In this document: one piece after another, positions 49,733 to 63,145 of the stretch | Layout of the letters: the number at the start of each line of letters is the position of its first letter | Numbering within the stretch: the first letter of the stretch is position 1 | Source of the DNA: Eledone cirrhosa | Lineage: Eukaryota | NCBI GenBank assembly: GCA_964016885.1 | Contig: OZ024743.1 | Span: 185,008,001 to 185,072,000, forward strand | Direction: 5' to 3' | DNA: 64,000 bases | Made by a program: the position numbers and the translations under genes | The notes under the pieces: model-generated | The model's input: the letters and a program-made list of their open reading frames with translations, nothing else | The model's database searches: none | Told to the model about the DNA's origin: nothing

Positions 49733-52700
49733 CTGAAAGAGAGAAAAACATGAATTTAACCTTTTTTGTAACCATATTTGTAATATAAAAAAGAAAAAAG
49801 AAAATGGAAATAGAGCCAATTGTTAGATCAGACCAAACAAACTGTTTTTCATTGCTGATATCTTCCAGTCACAATACCTGGCAGGAGGAGCTGTAGGATT
49901 TACTCAGACCTGGATTAGATACAGCAAAATATCACATCCAACTAACAATTCCACCAACCTGTCCCCCACCCTCAGACTGGTACTTGTTAGAGCCATGGCA
50001 GGATTTTAACTCAAAACACAGAGAGCCAGACATGTACCCATAATGTAATTCTCAGGGAAATTCAGCATGAAACAGTGAATGACAAGGCTGGCTGTTTGAA
50101 TTACAGGTACAGCTGACCTGACAGGCTTCCATTCACCCAAATTTACTCAAGGCTCAGGTCAACCCGAGTATGGTAAATTACGCTGGCTCAAGAGACCATG
50201 CAGTAGAATCGAACCTCAGACTTTCAAGTGAATCTAACCCTATGGCTATGATGTATCTGGTGTCGTGTGTAAACACTATATAGCATATCAAACCAATTTT
50301 CAGGTTCTGCAAACGTTTGAGTGTGTAATATTACCCGTTTCATATATCACTACAATTATTGTCTTTATTTTTCTGAACTAGTGAGTTGCATATCCCTTCA
50401 AATTAGAGCCAGTCAGCACACCAGTATACAATATGGTGCTGTAAATACTTTCAGTCCATTCTCTCCATGATTTGCAACCTTTAAGCTGAACATGAATTGT
50501 ACCAATCTGGGAGGCACTGCAAAAGTCATGGACATGACCGCCTCCTCCAACTAATTATATAAAGTTATTTGAACTACCAGTAAGATCTATTTATTCTAAT
50601 TGTTTGCACACAAGTTTAATATCTTGCATGTATCTAAATATTTACTTCATTTTACACAAAGTTTGCTATTTCCTTTAGCTAACTCTAAACTAATATATAT
50701 TATTTATGAAAGTGCTACTCAAAATTACAGGTTACATAATTATGGATTAATGAATTAAAATATGGATTAATAAAACAAAATATTAGATATTTACTTCTTT
50801 ATCTTTTCCATCCCATGCTTCAATATCCAGAATTTCAGGTAATTTGGCATTTTGCAGTGGAACAGTTGAAGACTTTCCATACAGCAAGTCTCTGTAAAAC
50901 AATATAAAAAAATTTAAATGGTTTTGGAAATGTTGCAAAACAGAAATAGGTGTAAAGTTATGGTGTGTTCAAATGTAACCATTACAGTGGTAAGAATCTT
51001 CACCCACTTATTCCTGAGAGGGTCATTGGGGTAGTCTTCAAGCCCACCTTCCACTGAGTCCTGTCAGAAGCATCTCTCTCCAATTGATTCAGCTGCATCC
51101 CCAAGTGAGATCAGCCAAGCTCATGGATGTTATCCAACCATCTTGCTCAGGGTCTACCTCTGGATCTCTTGCCAGTTGGTTTTGCCCATTAAATCTGAAC
51201 AGTGATTCTTTCCTTAATCAGTCTAACTGCATCTGTAATATCGGAGTTGTGATCTCTCAATTCATAAAAGTAGCAGCTCTACCTGGAGTGGCCCCCTATC
51301 TCCAAGCTACACACTACTGAGTAACATTATTTTAAAAACCCTTCGGAGAAACCCTATTCTGGCAGCTTGTATTCTTTCGGTCATTACCCAAGATTCATGA
51401 CCATGGGCAAGAGTTGGCACAAATAGCAAATTGAAGATAGCAAGTTTGGCTTTTACACCTACCTCCATTCTTCTAATGATTGAATGCTGAAGTTGGTGCA
51501 TTACTGCACCAGCTCTTGCAATTCTTGCACCTAATTTGACCTTGTACCTTCCATCACTCGTAAACACAGTCCTGAGATACTTTAACTTCACCTACTTCAG
51601 TGAAACTCCACTCACATTTTCATTCCTGCCATGCAGCACCCGGCAGTAACTGTATCAAGTGCATGTTGGAGATTACCTTCTGACAAGTTAAGTAATATCA
51701 TGTCTGCAAATTATAGCCAACTGATCCTATACCTGCCAATCGTAATACCACTTCCAACCTAGCTGCAAATATTAATCTTGTTCATGAAAATTATGAAGAA
51801 GAGAGGTGACAATATTCAACCTTGGTGGATTTCAGCACCCACATTGAATGGTTTCAACTTAGCAGCATTTATCCAAACTCAAATACTAAAGCATTCAGAA
51901 AGAGACTTCAAGGCAACAAGTAGTTGTCCATCAATCCTATACTCCGGCAGAACTTTCAACAAGTCTTGTGGAACGTGGTCATATGCCTTTTCATGGTCTA
52001 CAAAACAAGCATACTCTTCTTGGCAATACTGCCACGATTTTTCTAAGGCTTGCCACAGTGTGACTATTTGGTCGACTGTGCTGTGTCCAGGGAGAAAACT
52101 ACTGCCAGCTAGCTTAGACTTGACAATATCATTACATTCCTTTGCCAGACACTTCGTGTAGACTTTACCAATGAGGCTTAACAAGGAGATCCCTCTATAA
52201 TTTCTGTTTTTGAAAATTAGAATTATCATTTCTGACTGCCATTGCTCAGGCACCTTTCCAGAGATCCAAACCACAGGCACACACAAGTCAGCCAGATAAT
52301 ATCCAAGGCTTTTAATATCTCAGGCCGAATTTCATCCTCCCCAGAGGCCTTTCCACATTTGAGCTCTTTAATTGCTCTGGTGACCTTAGCTTCCAAGAAC
52401 CTGGTCATCACTCCTAGATGCACTTCATGTACATCAGATGTGACCAGGTTTAGATGATCAAAGCATTTTCTCTACCACCTGAGGATGAACCCCAGACAAG
52501 TTACTTGTAGCAGGTGTAGATGGGGACTTATTACGAAGTCAGCAGATGGTCTGCCAGAATACTTTATTTTCTGATAAAAATCCTGTAGGTGGTGCTGGAC
52601 CTGTCAGTTTTATGCGTTTTCTTGGGTTTAGGATATCTCAGGTTGCAGATCACTAGATGGGGGATCAGTTGACAGCTCAACCCATCTCTTAAAAACATAC

Positions 52701-55700
52701 AGCACAGAATCAAAGAGATCAGAGACAATAACAAAATCGACGACTGATCTCTATCCCTGAATTCCCTTATGCCATGTATATTTATGGGTGTCTGTGTGCT
52801 GGAAGGTGTTCATAATAGAGTCCATTGCTATAACAGAAGTTTAATAAGGCCTCTCCATTCGTATTTAAATCAGTATTGTTTTTCCTTCTAATCATTCCTT
52901 TCCATGTCAGGTAGTCAGTGTCAACACGTGCATTGTAATCTCCCATTAGGATATATGACTCAGTCTTTCCATCTAATGCTGCAGTGACCTCACCAAGGAA
53001 GTATTCAATCTGTATTCATAAATTTGCACCAACTGCACAGACCTTTCTTTCAGCTTAAACTTCAAGAGGCAAATCCTCCCTCCCAATAAGATCCAGTCCA
53101 TAACACATTCCAGGGACTAGTGAATATCCCAACTCTTACTTTGCAGTCATTACAAGCACCACACCTTAATAGTGGAGTTTCCATTCTCCATCCAATTTCA
53201 GAACCACAGAACTTTACTGAAGAAACCCCGACTATATCTGACCTCCTCCTTTCCTGAAAGGGTTGGAACATTCCGATTGCCAATTGTTAAGATTTGTTCC
53301 CTTCAGACGGAAATACAGCTCTCATTACTTTTGGAAACATTTTTTCACGCTCAAGAGTTGCTGAAGCATGGAACAAACTACCTGCATCAGTTGTTAGCTG
53401 TCGAGACACTGCATCCTTTAAAACCTCCATGCTTCCTGAAATTCGCCAACACTACACCTGATATCCCCCCTGCATAGACACACACACACACATGTATTTC
53501 ATGACTCATACACTTAATTTTCCTGACATTTGAACATTATTCTATGTACTATACATGCACCTTTGATGAGTTGTAGTGCACCTGAGCACTGTACATAATC
53601 ATTTCATTATTATTATTATTTTAAGCTAGTGTTTGGAGCATAAAGTTTCTTACATAAAATTATAAACGTTTTGAGATAAATATAAACATCTAAAAGTGTA
53701 TCATAGATGCAAGGGCAATTGCAGGCAGCTTAGTATCAAAAGGATTAATTACTTCAACAGAATTTGATATCATCCAAGATAGTTTCAACTTACCTGAAAA
53801 ACTCATTCAAGCCTGTGGCAGAGAATGATCCTTTAAGTGGAGAATATTTCATACTACGGTAGTTCAAAGCAGCCATTGCCTGTAAAACAACAAAACCAAA
53901 CAGTATAACAACTGAGTCCCTTAAAATTTTGTTAATGATTGATAAGAGATGCTTCTAACTGAGCTATTCAATTATATCTTCCACCAACGATTCTTTTTTT
54001 TTTTCTATGAAAAATAATCTGTACATTTTTCTCAACTGACATGTAACAAACAATATGATTTTGACTCAGACAATGAATATTTATACATTTTGAGTGCAGC
54101 ATGGTCATATGGCACCTTGGGCAAGTGTTTCTACTATAGTCATGGGCTGACCAATGTCTTGTGAATGAATTTGGTTGATGAAAACTAAAGAAACCCATCA
54201 GACACACACACATGTATGTAATGTGTGTATGTTTGTCTCTTCCCTTTGCATTTGATATTGACGGCAGTTATTTGTTTATGTTTCATATATACAGGTATTT
54301 ATCCTTACAATGATTTGATGTTTGGTAGTTTGTGCATATATGTGTTTATACACATTACATCCATGGTTGTATATGAGTGTTGAGTGTACACATTCTCTAC
54401 CACAGCAATCCAGTTGAAGCCTGGCTGTACACCCTATGCACATCCCAGCCAAAAGAATTTCATTGACTGGTGGATCAGTCTTTAAATGGAAATATCCGAC
54501 CATGAGCTCACTATCAGTGGGCAAGCGAGTACAAAGAATCTCTTTTTAAGGGTTTCCTCATCAGGTTCAAAACTTGAGTTGTAACAATTAATATTGGTAC
54601 AATGAAGAGTAGATCTGGAGAAATTGTTGAGATGCTTGAACAGAAACATGTAGATGTGCGATGTGTGCAAGAGGTAAGATGGAAGAGGAGCTTAGGCTAG
54701 ACTCCTCATGGACAAGCTCCAAAGGTACAAGTTCTTCTAGGTAGAGCTAGGGTGGACATTTTATCAGCTGAGAAATGAGTGAATAGGGTAATTGAGGTGG
54801 TCAGTGTTTGCAACAGGATAATTATGCTTAGACTAGTCTTGAACAATATGATTATAATTTAGCTGGGCTTGCAGAAGAATGGAAAGACCACTTTTATGAA
54901 GTCCCCTTGCAGACTACCTCTAAGATGAATGATGCTGACTTCAGTATCTTGGTTAGCGATTATATTTGTCATGTTGGGCAACAACAGAATGCTATGGACT
55001 TGGCTTGAGAAATGAAGAGGAATCAAGACTCCTGAAATTCTGTGGCACAAATGCCATACTAACTTCAAGAAACTAACCAGCCACCTCATCACTTATCAAT
55101 CAGGCAAACACACAAGCTGAACTGACAATCATCAGACTGTGACAACCCATCCAACCCAAGCTCGCATGGAAAGCAGGCATAAGATGATGATTATGATGTA
55201 AACAAATCATATTCCACTGCTCAGTGTTTATATATGTGCAATGATAGGTATCTTATTAAGAGTAAATTGTAAGCATTTTGAGAGTAATCAAAATATCTAT
55301 AGTTATTTTTTGTTTATGCACCTTTGCATGTCCTAAGATGTGACTAAAAGGATTGACACTAGGAAGAGTATCCTGCTGTAAAACATTGTCTCAAAAAGTC
55401 CTCATAACGAGTATGAAACCTGTCATAGGATGTGCAAAGCTTGACAATGCTTATGTATTATAATGATTTAATGTACATTTTGTACATTAAGACATTTTTA
55501 ATGATATTTTACTCTAAAAAGACTAATGATAAACCAAACATAACTTACTGGGTAACCAAAACCTCCAATACCAAATGCTTCCTCTAATTTGGGTTGAGAT
55601 CCAGCTTCGGCCCATACCCATCTGAAATGGACAAAACAAAGAGTATTAAAATTAAGACGAAGTGGTAATGCTGGTGCCATGATTAAAAATTCACCCTGTA

Positions 55701-58700
55701 AAGTGACTAGCATTAAGAAAAGCATCCAGCCATAGAAATCATGTCAAAATATGGAACAAATGAGCAAAATGTGGTTCTCTGGCCCATCTATATTCAATTA
55801 CCAGTGGTGAACCGTGTTCCTAGCAAAGATATATCTCAGCCTGATTTACTTAACTAAACTGGTACCACTGTGACTATCTCATCAATTTATAGCAATAAGC
55901 TTGCACTCGCAAAACTTTATCAAACAAAGTCTCTTGTAAAGGTTCATGACTTAGCAGGTTAGTGTGTTGGGTTCACGATCGTAAGGTTGTGGGTTTAATT
56001 TTCATACTGGGTGATGTGCTGTGTCTTTAAGCAAGGCGCTTGACATTGCTCCACTTCACTCAGCTGAAAATGAGTACAAGGGGCAGCTGGAAGCTAGCCT
56101 TGAGATGGACAAGCATCTCAGCTTGGGGAAAGTCTTGTACTGTCAGTCATTTAACATCCATGGAACTGAGATAAGCTCCAGGCTTTGAACAAACTGTGCA
56201 AGCATGGAAAAACAGATGCAAAATGATAACACTTCTACATGAAAACGAATGTAATGGAATATTGCCAACCCCACTCCCAGTGTAAGATTAGGCTTGCCTC
56301 CTGAAAACCTTAAGCAATAGAATAACCAACATAACAGGGGAAAATGTTAGAGACAAAAAATGTTAAATATAATGTAGTTACAAAAAGAAAAAAAAATTAC
56401 CCCCATAGATTTCGCTTGTATTTTTCTGACATCTTTTCAATAATGGAAATGAAATTATTTCTACAGTCTGACTGGCAATCATAGATGACTGGTAAGATGG
56501 AAATCACACACAGCTGGCTTTTTTCACAAGCTTCCTTCAGTACATCAGCAGTAATTACCTGAAGACACCATATAACATTGATATTAGAAACTATTAAGTA
56601 ACGAGAATCACTTAATTACTTTAGTTATTAAAAAATTTCAATTTAATGAATGAAGCATTTGCATTGAAAAAAATCTTCTATAATTCATATAATTGTTTCT
56701 ACTTTTGGCACAAAGACAGCAATTACCCAGTGCATTACTGGTACGTTATTTTATCGACCCCGTAAGGATGAAAGGCAAAGTTAACCTCGACAGGATTTGA
56801 ACTTAGACCGTAAAGGGACATAACTATGCTGGAAAGCATGGCGTCCGACCCTCTACTGATAATGCCAAATAAGCTTATATTTATATAAGGTACCCTCAAA
56901 CTGGCAACAAGGATTGAATTTTAGTCAGGTAGCGGTGTTAAACCAGGCATCTGATGAAGTCTGTCACCTAATTTAAAACATTAAATGTATGCTCAATATA
57001 CGAATTTGAATGTTTAGAACAGCTTACCTCATTGACTGGTGGTGCAGGGACATTCTCAGCTACTTTTTCCAGTGCCCAAGCAACTATATCAGCAGATGTT
57101 CGGCCACCATCATATTCTCTAGCAGAACCATCTTTTGCACCAGCTGGGAATAACTTAATTGTTGGGAAACCTCGGATCTGAAATAAATAAACATGTCTAA
57201 GATTAGGAGTGGAATTTGTTAATTTATATTAACTTGAGGAACAGTATTGTACCTTTCTCAGGTGCACAATAGTGGCTACAGTAATAGTCCAATCCAAAAT
57301 GCACTATATGTATATATACATCAACCTTGAAAATGTGAAAGACAAAGTTGACTTTGGCAGGATTTGAAATCAGGAGCACAGAGAGCCAGAACAAATACTA
57401 CAAAGTAATTTAATCAGATGCTCTAATGACTTCACCAATTCAGTGCTTTGAATACCATGGTAATAGGTAATGTAAAAACAAAATACGCAACGGTGTCTCT
57501 TACAAAGCGTAATGAAACTAACTTGTAACTGGGCAAGTCATACTGTAAATGTAGCTGCAGAGGTGTTTACAAATAAGACGCATGATGTAGTACTAGTTTA
57601 CTAGTACTCCAAGACTTGGAAACTAGCTGTACTAAACTCAAATGCTCTCATGAACAAAAGTGAAAATCATTTATGATGGCCTTGGGTTGACCCAAGTTGT
57701 GAGAGTGAAATTGAATAGACTGGAACTATCTGAAAACCCATCAGGTAGACTGCACATGTAATTCAAAAGGAAATTGGTCACACAATTCTCCTTGAGAATT
57801 TTTTTAAGGCTACATATGCCAGTAGGATACTCAGCTATTTGCACATTAATTTTATGACCTGGCTATTCTGTTGATCAACAAAACTGATAGAGATCCATTC
57901 CAAATTGTAGGATATTTTTAAATGTTTTAATATCTTCTGTTACAGCAGGAGATGAAAGGAAGATGTAACATTTTAAACACTTACACCATATTTCTCTGAA
58001 GTAACTGTGTTGATAGTAGCATCAAGTGCACCCAACTTAACTTTGCCTTTCAATTCAGTGGCTGCACTTTGCCAGTGAGGTGCAAGGTTTTTGCAATGGC
58101 CACACCAAGGGGCAAAAAACTCAACCAACCACATGTCATCACTCTGCAATACCATCTCATTAAAGTTGGAATCCGTTAGTTCAATAACATCATCAGCATT
58201 GCCTTTCTGAAAAGAGAAAAATCACAAAAATGTTTACATTGAGATTTAGCAGAAACTATGTCTATTTTTTGTTACAGCTCACACCTAAGTAGGCTTAACT
58301 GGCATCCTATGAAATTTCATCTCATAGGTTTCTTTGGTATTTTAATGGTTGGGGCCTCAGTCCTATCATAGACTAGATACCAAACTGTTGCAGAGGTCAA
58401 TTCCTAGTATCTGCTGACACTCATTTTTTCAGCTGAGTTGACTGGAGCAATGGGAAATGAAGCATCTAACTAAAAAAAAAAAAAAAAACACATTCTCCAT
58501 TCTGGAAATCAAACTCACAACCTAATAATAGCACCCTAACAACTAGGCCATGCACATTAAAGAGTTTAGAGTGGATACACATGACAGTCAAAATGGATGT
58601 TGTAAACTAAGATCTAACAACATAGATGCTACTTTCACATCAGAATTATTTGTAGGAATACGTGTGGTATACCTTTTTCAGTTACATACACTTACATATG

Positions 58701-61700
58701 GAGAGTATTATCTATGAGATCAATATAAAGTAAGGCATTGTTTCATGCAGAATTTTCATGTTCATATGCAAAACTAACCTTCTTAAAGAAATAAATTCCA
58801 ATAAATACAAACCTTCTGTCCACCACTGCTTCTTCCTCCTCCACCACCACCACCACCACCACCACGTGCTCGTTGAGATAACATATTATTGATATATTTC
58901 TTGGCAGCTTCTACAAGACTATCTGCAGTTCGACCACCTACAAAGACAAACCATAAATATTGACTGATTTCATATATAAAGTGCTCACAAGTACAAGACA
59001 AAGTTATGTACTTCTATGAAACAATCCTGACAGTTATGCTCCAAACAAACTATATATAATGGGAATGTATTTATCTTGTTTTAGAATGGGTATGTTGTAT
59101 CCCTACATGTAACAACACCAGCCCTTTCAAGCCATCTTCCTAGCTAAAGTAGGAGTTACATTTGAGAGCTTTCTGACTAGCTTCTTAACCCTCATGGGAT
59201 CCTTTTTAAGGCAATGTTTTATGGCTGGATGCAGTTCCTTGTGTCAACTCAGTTGTCTCTTATGACAGAGATATATTTAATCTATTCTAAATTGGATACA
59301 TATATCTATGTAAGTTATGAATATTGAAGCAATAGATGTGAACTAATGACATCAAACATTTTCTATCACTTGATATCAATCAAGATCTGAAAGAAATAAC
59401 TGGTGAAATAAAACACAAAAATAAATCTTTATGTAAACTTATGTATTCACAAACAAAACCAAAAAGAAACATTTCCCCCACTAAAGTAGAGTTAGCCTTT
59501 TGGGCTCTATGGCAAGCTTCTCCATTTTGTCACATCTGCACCCCACTCCACTAACTTCTTGGCTTTTATTTCATTCATCCTTAGCCATGTCTTACTTAGT
59601 CTTCCTCTTCTACCTCCTTCCATCTTCATTACCATCAGTCTTCTCACTATTCTTTAACAAGTGACCCAAACATCTCATTCCACTTCTCTTCCCATTCATC
59701 ATACTGTAATTCACTGTCTGCCTCTAAATACTAAAAACAATAGTCTCATAAATGTATTGGATTTAGCAATTGACAATCAAGATTTAAAAAAACCAACCTT
59801 GATAATCTTCTGGCTTATATTTTTGATGTGCAAACACTTTAACAGTGGGAAATCCTTGGATACTATATTCCCCAGCTAATCCTCGGTGGCTATCAGCATC
59901 AACTTGCCCAAGTTTCACAATACCCTAAAAAAAAACAATTTATTTTTAGACAGTTGCAAAAAAAAAATGCATCTGTAAATGGTGTCAAATGCTGACAACA
60001 TAACACTTATTTTTCTCCACTGAAAGACCTTCTGTAATTAACCACCTCCAGAGCAGAAGAACTACAACTACTACTATACAAACCTTGATTATTTGATTTA
60101 AACAAAATTTCAAAAGCCTTTGAATAAATAGAGGGTTGAGAGGAGTCTTCAATTAGCCATATTGAGGATATGACAACCTCTCTAGTTCTCGTGCCAACAT
60201 CAGGATAAAATGCACCCAATACATTGTAAAATGATTGGCACTAGGAAGGATATCCAAATGTAAAACAAGTCAAAACTAGAACACATATGAAACATGCCCC
60301 AAGGGACAGTAACACCAATTAAGTATTGACTTAGTCTGTAATAATCTATCCACACCATTCTAGCATGGAAAACGAATGTAAAATAATGATATATATTTCC
60401 CTCTTTCAACATCCTGCCCATTGCACCCTCCCTTCCTTAACTCATTTGATGTCAAAGAACAGACTATACAGAATGGACAAGACTTCTTAGCCATGCAAGT
60501 GACAAGACAACTTCTCCAGCGTTGATGCCATAATAAAATGTATCTAGTACACTATACCACAGACAATAATTGAACAGAGATAACATAAGTTAGAAAGGAT
60601 GTTTTAGTCTTGTTGAACTGTGACAACCTCTAGTGATGTGGGGATCACATAAAATACACATTAAATTCTTTAAAGCAGTTTGTGTCAGGAAGGTAACCAG
60701 TCATAGGAATCGTGCCAAAAATGGAACATACTAGCCAGACAGTATGTAAGAAATGTAAATGTTATTTTTATAACTATAATTATACAATCAAACATTAACA
60801 CACAACAGAGAAACCAAACTTTAAATGAGGTAAATGATATATATATATATTTAAAATGACAACAGGCCATATTGGGAGATATGTTGTAAATTTTAATTCC
60901 ATGAAATCACTATCCATAATGTCAAGTGCTTTGAAAATTCATTGCATCATTTGTCTACCAGAACTACCAGTTCTACTATTAGCTGATCAAAATAATTTAA
61001 TGGTATATATATATATCTGTAAGGAAGTTTAGAAGAAATACTGTGTAGCCTCGGAAAATTCTCTAAATCAAATATTGGATAATACAAACAAAACAAATAA
61101 TTTCTGTTCTAAGTGTGAAAATCTAAGGATATCACAAATATCAAAGGAAATTCAAGTCAGTATTTTAAGGATATACCCTAGCCACTGAGGAAATTATCAC
61201 AGCATATTTTGATATTAGATGTGCTTACCTTTAAAATTTCAGCAGCTTTAGCAAATTCAGGTTTAAAGGATTGGCAGTGTCCACACCTAAAAAAGATAAT
61301 CCAAAACAAAAATGTACTGAATATAATTATAGTAAAATTATATGAGCAAAATTAGAAGAGTTGTTTAACCCCATTCCCATTCTGTTTGAGAAGACCTATA
61401 ATCATTCGTTTTTTTTTATTTTTTATTTTATTTCAGACGGTGAATAATCAAATATGTCCCACAATGGTGTCCAATGAGTGAATTGGCTGATATTTCTAGA
61501 AATGTGAATTACTATGTAGAGGTTCACCTAGCTTGAATAAGTATGTTATGTATGTGAAATGCTTTAGCAGCAATGTTTCAGCTCAAATCCTCCCATGGGC
61601 TAAGAGCAGGAAACATCTTTGAATCTTTATAAGTATTGCAATGTTAGCCCAAAATGTAATGGGTTACAGCAAGGTTTCCCAAAGTGAGTTATGTGAAAAA

Positions 61701-63145
61701 ATTCTGGGGCCCTATTAGATAGAGAGTCTTAAAGAAATTTAATTAAAAAAATGATATATGAATAAAATTTGTTTCATTTAATATGTGTCATAAAAGGTGA
61801 ATAAAAGTGTTGGCATCTGGAAGGGCAGCATGCCATAAAACATTGCCTCAAAAAAGACCCCATGGCGAGCATAAATTGGTCATGAGGCTTGCAAGGCTAA
61901 ACTTTAGCAGGTAAATTTTTTTTAAACTGTTGTATTGGTCATTAATATCTTGTTTAAATTAAAATTAAAGGGCATTGTCTGTAAAATATAGGTATGAGTT
62001 CTGCCAGAAAATGTTTGGGAACCACTTGTCCAGTACATTACTGATGTCAAAATTTAAATGAAAGTAGAGAACTGGAATAAAATAAAATACATTATGATTG
62101 TACAGAGTTGTTTAATTTTGCACTTCTATTCCTTAAAATGTAAAATTTATCCGGCTGTGCTTTGTATCAAACATTGGACTACCAACTCAGGCTTAATCCT
62201 TTCATTAGCAGCTTTCTATTGAAAGACATTGTCTATGATTTTCAAATAATCAAGAATTTGGAAAGATTTACCAATATAACTTCTTCGCTAAGCTGGTGTT
62301 TGGAGAACTTAAAGGTTTTTAAATAAAATCATGATGGAAAATTTTTTTGATAAATATGATCAAACATAAAACCAGAACCAGTTTCAGATAGTTTGGTTTC
62401 AAAAGGACTTAAGAAAAAGACAAGTATTTCAAGGTCATTTTCCTTCCTTAATTTTTGCTCTATTTTGCACCCCTCCTCCTTACTAACAACCTAGTTTTCA
62501 TTTCCTCCATTTTAGCTATGGCTTTTGCCATCCCCACCTCCTGTCACAATTCTATCACTCCAATCATCTAGTCCCTTTCATCCTTCCTCAACACATGATC
62601 TAGCCATCTCAATACCTTTCTATTCATAACTCATTGCTAGGTCTATCTGTGGAGGGCTAGCCAAACAAAAAGTTGGGAGGACCTTTTAGTCATGTCAGAG
62701 ATAACAGCCTCCCTAGTGTTGATGACCTACATGATAAACACACCCAGTACATGCTGTAATGTGGTTGGTGATAGGAACGGTATCCAGCTGTAGAAATCTT
62801 GCCAAACAAAGAGTTGGTAGGATCCTCAATTGTATCAAAGACATGTCAACGTCTCCTGTGCATTCGGTAGAACATGAGACCATACATAAGCGAGATGCAG
62901 ATGGCTTGTCTGGGAGATCAATTACAGCAAATGTAATTGATTTGAAATAAATATTTTTGCTTAATATTTTAGAGGCAAACTGAAACTTTACATTAATGAA
63001 ATAAAAATAAAATGACCTTACCATGGAGCATAGAACATAACAATCCAAAGCTCATCACTGTTTACTACTTTAGATTTAAAATTGTCTGGTGTGAGCTCTA
63101 CAGGGTTGGAATGGACGGCAGCTCCAAAGAAAAGCAGTAGGAAAC
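49655..63145 (-). CDS. PDIA6: Protein disulfide-isomerase A6 (P5/ERp5), 5'-partial; exons 63145-63022, 61286-61229, 59924-59798, 58937-58813, 58206-57985, 57177-57028, 56558-56401, 55621-55549, 53879-53794, 50891-50795, 49732-49655
   Basis: Eleven GT-AG exons splice in phase to give a signal-peptide end ([12 protein letters not shown]), domain a (FYAPWCGHC..GFPT), a poly-Gly linker, domain a' ([17 protein letters not shown]), a P5-type b domain ([16 protein letters not shown]; [14 protein letters not shown]; LKGSFS) and acidic tail [18 protein letters not shown]. The ATG exon lies beyond 64000. Confidence 0.97.
50795..50891 (-). CDS. PDIA6: PDIA6 exon ([32 protein letters not shown])
   Basis: 97 nt, phase 2 to 0, GT-AG. 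Confidence 0.93.
50995..53240 (-). mobile_element. Decayed RTE (Expander/Rex3-like) LINE in a PDIA6 intron
   Basis: DIVGVSS (APE), [51 protein letters not shown] and [12 protein letters not shown]. Confidence 0.88.
53310..53621 (+). mobile_element. Short 3' copy of the CR1/L2-group family with a single tail unit and (ATT)n
   Basis: Matches the 3' end of the family (cf. 17935-18368: GAGTTGCTGAAGCATGGAACAAACT...) but has only one of the two tail repeats. Confidence 0.88.
53794..53879 (-). CDS. PDIA6: PDIA6 exon ([29 protein letters not shown])
   Basis: 86 nt, phase 0 to 2, GT-AG. Confidence 0.94.
54480..55200 (+). mobile_element. Internally deleted (bipartite) RTE: APE N-terminal region joined to the RTE 3' tail
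   Basis: [32 protein letters not shown]...[16 protein letters not shown], then ACAACCCATCCAACCCAAGCTCGCATGGAAAGCAGG..GATGATGA. Confidence 0.7.
55549..55621 (-). CDS. PDIA6: PDIA6 exon ([24 protein letters not shown])
   Basis: 73 nt, phase 2 to 0, GT-AG. Confidence 0.94.
55945..56200 (+). mobile_element. tRNA-derived SINE (family B)
   Basis: CATGACTTAGCAGGTTAG...GGGTTTAATT...GTGCTGTGTCTTTAAGCAAGG..CTCCACTTCACTCAGCTG, as in 5937 and 9515. A reverse copy lies at about 58400-58555. Confidence 0.6.
56401..56558 (-). CDS. PDIA6: PDIA6 exon ([23 protein letters not shown]...KYKRNLWG)
   Basis: 158 nt, phase 0 to 2, GT-AG. Confidence 0.94.
56700..56870 (-). mobile_element. SINE (family A), reverse orientation
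   Basis: Reverse complement closely matches 27505-27690. Confidence 0.8.
57028..57177 (-). CDS. PDIA6: PDIA6 exon ([13 protein letters not shown]...[10 protein letters not shown])
   Basis: 150 nt, phase 0 to 0, GT-AG. Confidence 0.95.
57985..58206 (-). CDS. PDIA6: PDIA6 exon with second WCGHC active site
   Basis: 222 nt; [10 protein letters not shown]...[20 protein letters not shown]. Confidence 0.97.
58813..58937 (-). CDS. PDIA6: PDIA6 exon (GRTADSLV...poly-Gly linker)
   Basis: 125 nt, phase 1 to 0, GT-AG. Confidence 0.93.
59798..59924 (-). CDS. PDIA6: PDIA6 exon ([11 protein letters not shown]...QGFPTVKVF...EDYQ)
   Basis: 127 nt, phase 0 to 1, GT-AG. Confidence 0.95.
61229..61286 (-). 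CDS. PDIA6: PDIA6 exon with first CGHC active site
   Basis: 58 nt; (W)[19 protein letters not shown]. Confidence 0.95.
63022..63145 (-). CDS. PDIA6: PDIA6 first exon within the window (signal peptide end, VELTPDNF...FYAPW)
   Basis: 124 nt, TTTAG| acceptor and TG|GTAAGG donor. Confidence 0.94.

Noticed and set aside
54545-54575. CTGATGAGGAAAC on the minus strand resembling a hammerhead core
   Set aside because: No stem II between CUGAUGA and GAAA, and it lies antisense to the RTE sequence leading into the APE domain.
56935-56990. CTGATGAAGTC in a PDIA6 intron as a possible hammerhead or C/D snoRNA box
   Set aside because: No matching GAAA/stem II, and it is on the strand opposite to the host transcript.
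58838-58866. (CCA)n trinucleotide repeat
   Set aside because: Encodes the ordinary Gly-rich linker between the PDIA6 thioredoxin domains.
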